A stretch of DNA of 32,000 nt from Pyrodictium occultum (GTDB lineage Archaea; Thermoproteota; Thermoprotei_A; Sulfolobales; Pyrodictiaceae), in contig NZ_LNTB01000001.1 of assembly GCF_001462395.1 (NCBI RefSeq), forward strand, positions 270,001-302,000. Direction: 5' to 3'. The position numbers and the translations under genes are program-made. Below, piece after piece: positions 31,109 through 32,000 of this stretch (position 1 is the stretch's first letter; every line of letters begins with the position of its first letter). The notes under the pieces are model-generated. The model had not been told where the DNA came from. It did not search any database and saw nothing but the letters and a program-made list of their open reading frames with translations.

Positions 31109-32000
31109 GCCTCGGCAGGCTAGGCGGCGCCCTGGCCACGGCGGCGTGGCTGGTGGCGCTGCTCTACACCCTCCCCCTAGCCCTGGCCCTCGCCCTTTTC
31201 TGGCCCCCGGGCTGGCCCCCTCCCTTCAGCCTGCCCCGGGTGCTGGCCTGGACCCTCGCCCAGGCGGCCGCGAGCGCCACCCTGGCCGTCGCAGTGGGCT
31301 GGCCCCTCGGTGTCCTCGCCGGCTTCTACGGCTCCAGGGCGGCCAGGGCCGCGGTGGCCGCCAGCCTAGCCCCCTTCATGTCCCCCGTAGCGGCCGTCGC
31401 CGCGGGGATGAGGGCCCTCTACGGGGAGGGCGGGCTGGCCTCCAGGCTCCTCCCCTGGCTCGAGCCGCTGGCCAGGGGCTGGACCGGGGTGCTGGCGCTC
31501 CACAGCTACTTCAACATAGGCCTCGCCGCCGCGCTGGCTGCGGCCGCGGCGGGCTCCACCGAGGCCGCTGTGGCGGAGCACGCCCGGATGCTGGGGCTCC
31601 GGGGCGCCAGGCTCTGGCTGCGCGTCCTCCTCCCCCTCACCGCCAGGGTCGCGCTCTACGCCTGGGGGATAGCCTTCCTCTACTCCGCCACCAGCGCGGC
31701 GCCGCTCCTCGTGGAGGGCGCGGCGTACCGCTACTACACGCTCGAGGCCTGGCTCTACGTCGTCTACCGCGGCTTCCCCGGCCTGGCCGGCCTCGTCCCC
31801 GTCCTCGCCCTCCTGGAGCTGGGGGCCGCTGCCGCCGCCTCGATGCTCCTTCTGCGCGCCGCCCGGGGGCTCCCCTCCAGCCCGCTCGCCGCCCGGGGCG
31901 AGGGCTCGCTGCCCCTGAGCCGGGGCTGGAGGCTCGCCGCCGCCTCCTACTCGGCGCTGGTCACCGCCTACCTCTACGCCCCGGTGGCCGCCCTCGCCGT
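31072..32000 (+). CDS. ABC-transporter permease (two-domain ThiP / Fe(III)-type), 3'-truncated by the window edge
   Basis: Not in the ORF track because it has no stop before the window end. The frame is open from 31069 to 32000. It is highly hydrophobic, with EAA-loop-like EHARMLGLRGARLWLRVLLPL. The first possible start is GTG 31072, overlapping the SBP gene end. Start is uncertain. Confidence 0.75.
   Translation, partial: MAPRLAADHERLSLGRLGGALATAAWLVALLYTLPLALALALFWPPGWPPPFSLPRVLAWTLAQAAASATLAVAVGWPLGVLAGFYGSRAARAAVAASLAPFMSPVAAVAAGMRALYGEGGLASRLLPWLEPLARGWTGVLALHSYFNIGLAAALAAAAAGSTEAAVAEHARMLGLRGARLWLRVLLPLTARVALYAWGIAFLYSATSAAPLLVEGAAYRYYTLEAWLYVVYRGFPGLAGLVPVLALLELGAAAAASMLLLRAARGLPSSPLAARGEGSLPLSRGWRLAAASYSALVTAYLYAPVAALA

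Noticed and set aside
1-32000. CRISPR arrays, rRNA or tRNA genes, IS elements or integrases, and prophage-like genes.
   Set aside because: I saw no regularly spaced direct repeats, no T-loop or anticodon-arm patterns in the few intergenic regions, and no transposase, integrase or capsid-like ORFs. Intergenic space other than 11559-12007 is at most about 240 bp. A covariance-model scan would still be needed to exclude small RNAs.

Overview
Dense, GC-rich (roughly two-thirds G+C by eye) archaeal chromosomal segment. All calls rest on by-eye motif recognition; no database search was possible. It looks crenarchaeal and Desulfurococcales-like: a tungsten AOR, a four-subunit 2-oxoacid:ferredoxin oxidoreductase, a PF01637-type archaeal ATPase, an Aeropyrum-pernix-like peroxiredoxin, TATA-box promoters and several apparently leaderless genes. 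The organism assignment is low confidence. I support about 31 protein-coding genes. I recognised no rRNA, tRNA, CRISPR array or IS element. Most of the content is housekeeping: peroxiredoxin, glycerate 2-kinase, PRPP synthetase, POR/VOR operon, AOR, transporters. Six things deserve a second look. (1) A two-gene glutamate-synthase-like system at 21770-25829 has a fused GATase-GXGXG protein. Its FMN subunit lacks any ferredoxin domain or GltD partner, carries a 4-Cys C-x2-C-x2-C-x4-CP motif, and has a roughly 260-aa C-terminal degenerate second barrel. (2) A divergent DUF1611 / enolase-superfamily racemase pair at 17900-20310 sits beside an amidohydrolase and a NifX-like protein; it may be a DgcN/DgcA-like N-acyl-D-amino-acid module. 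(3) A 449-bp non-coding gap (11559-12007) lies between convergent genes, although five of the seven convergent junctions overlap by exactly 4 nt. It contains internal TATA-like boxes and GC palindromes, so it is a candidate ncRNA locus. (4) A 365-aa orphan protein with a degenerate HNH-like Cys motif lies downstream of AOR and a PPP phosphatase. (5) An unannotated 44-codon membrane mini-ORF is preceded by the same GTATAGTAG promoter 9-mer as the POR operon. (6) A wHTH plus Walker-ATPase/DUF234 pair lies next to a small SWIM protein. Start codons are often GTG or TTG, and several starts are uncertain.
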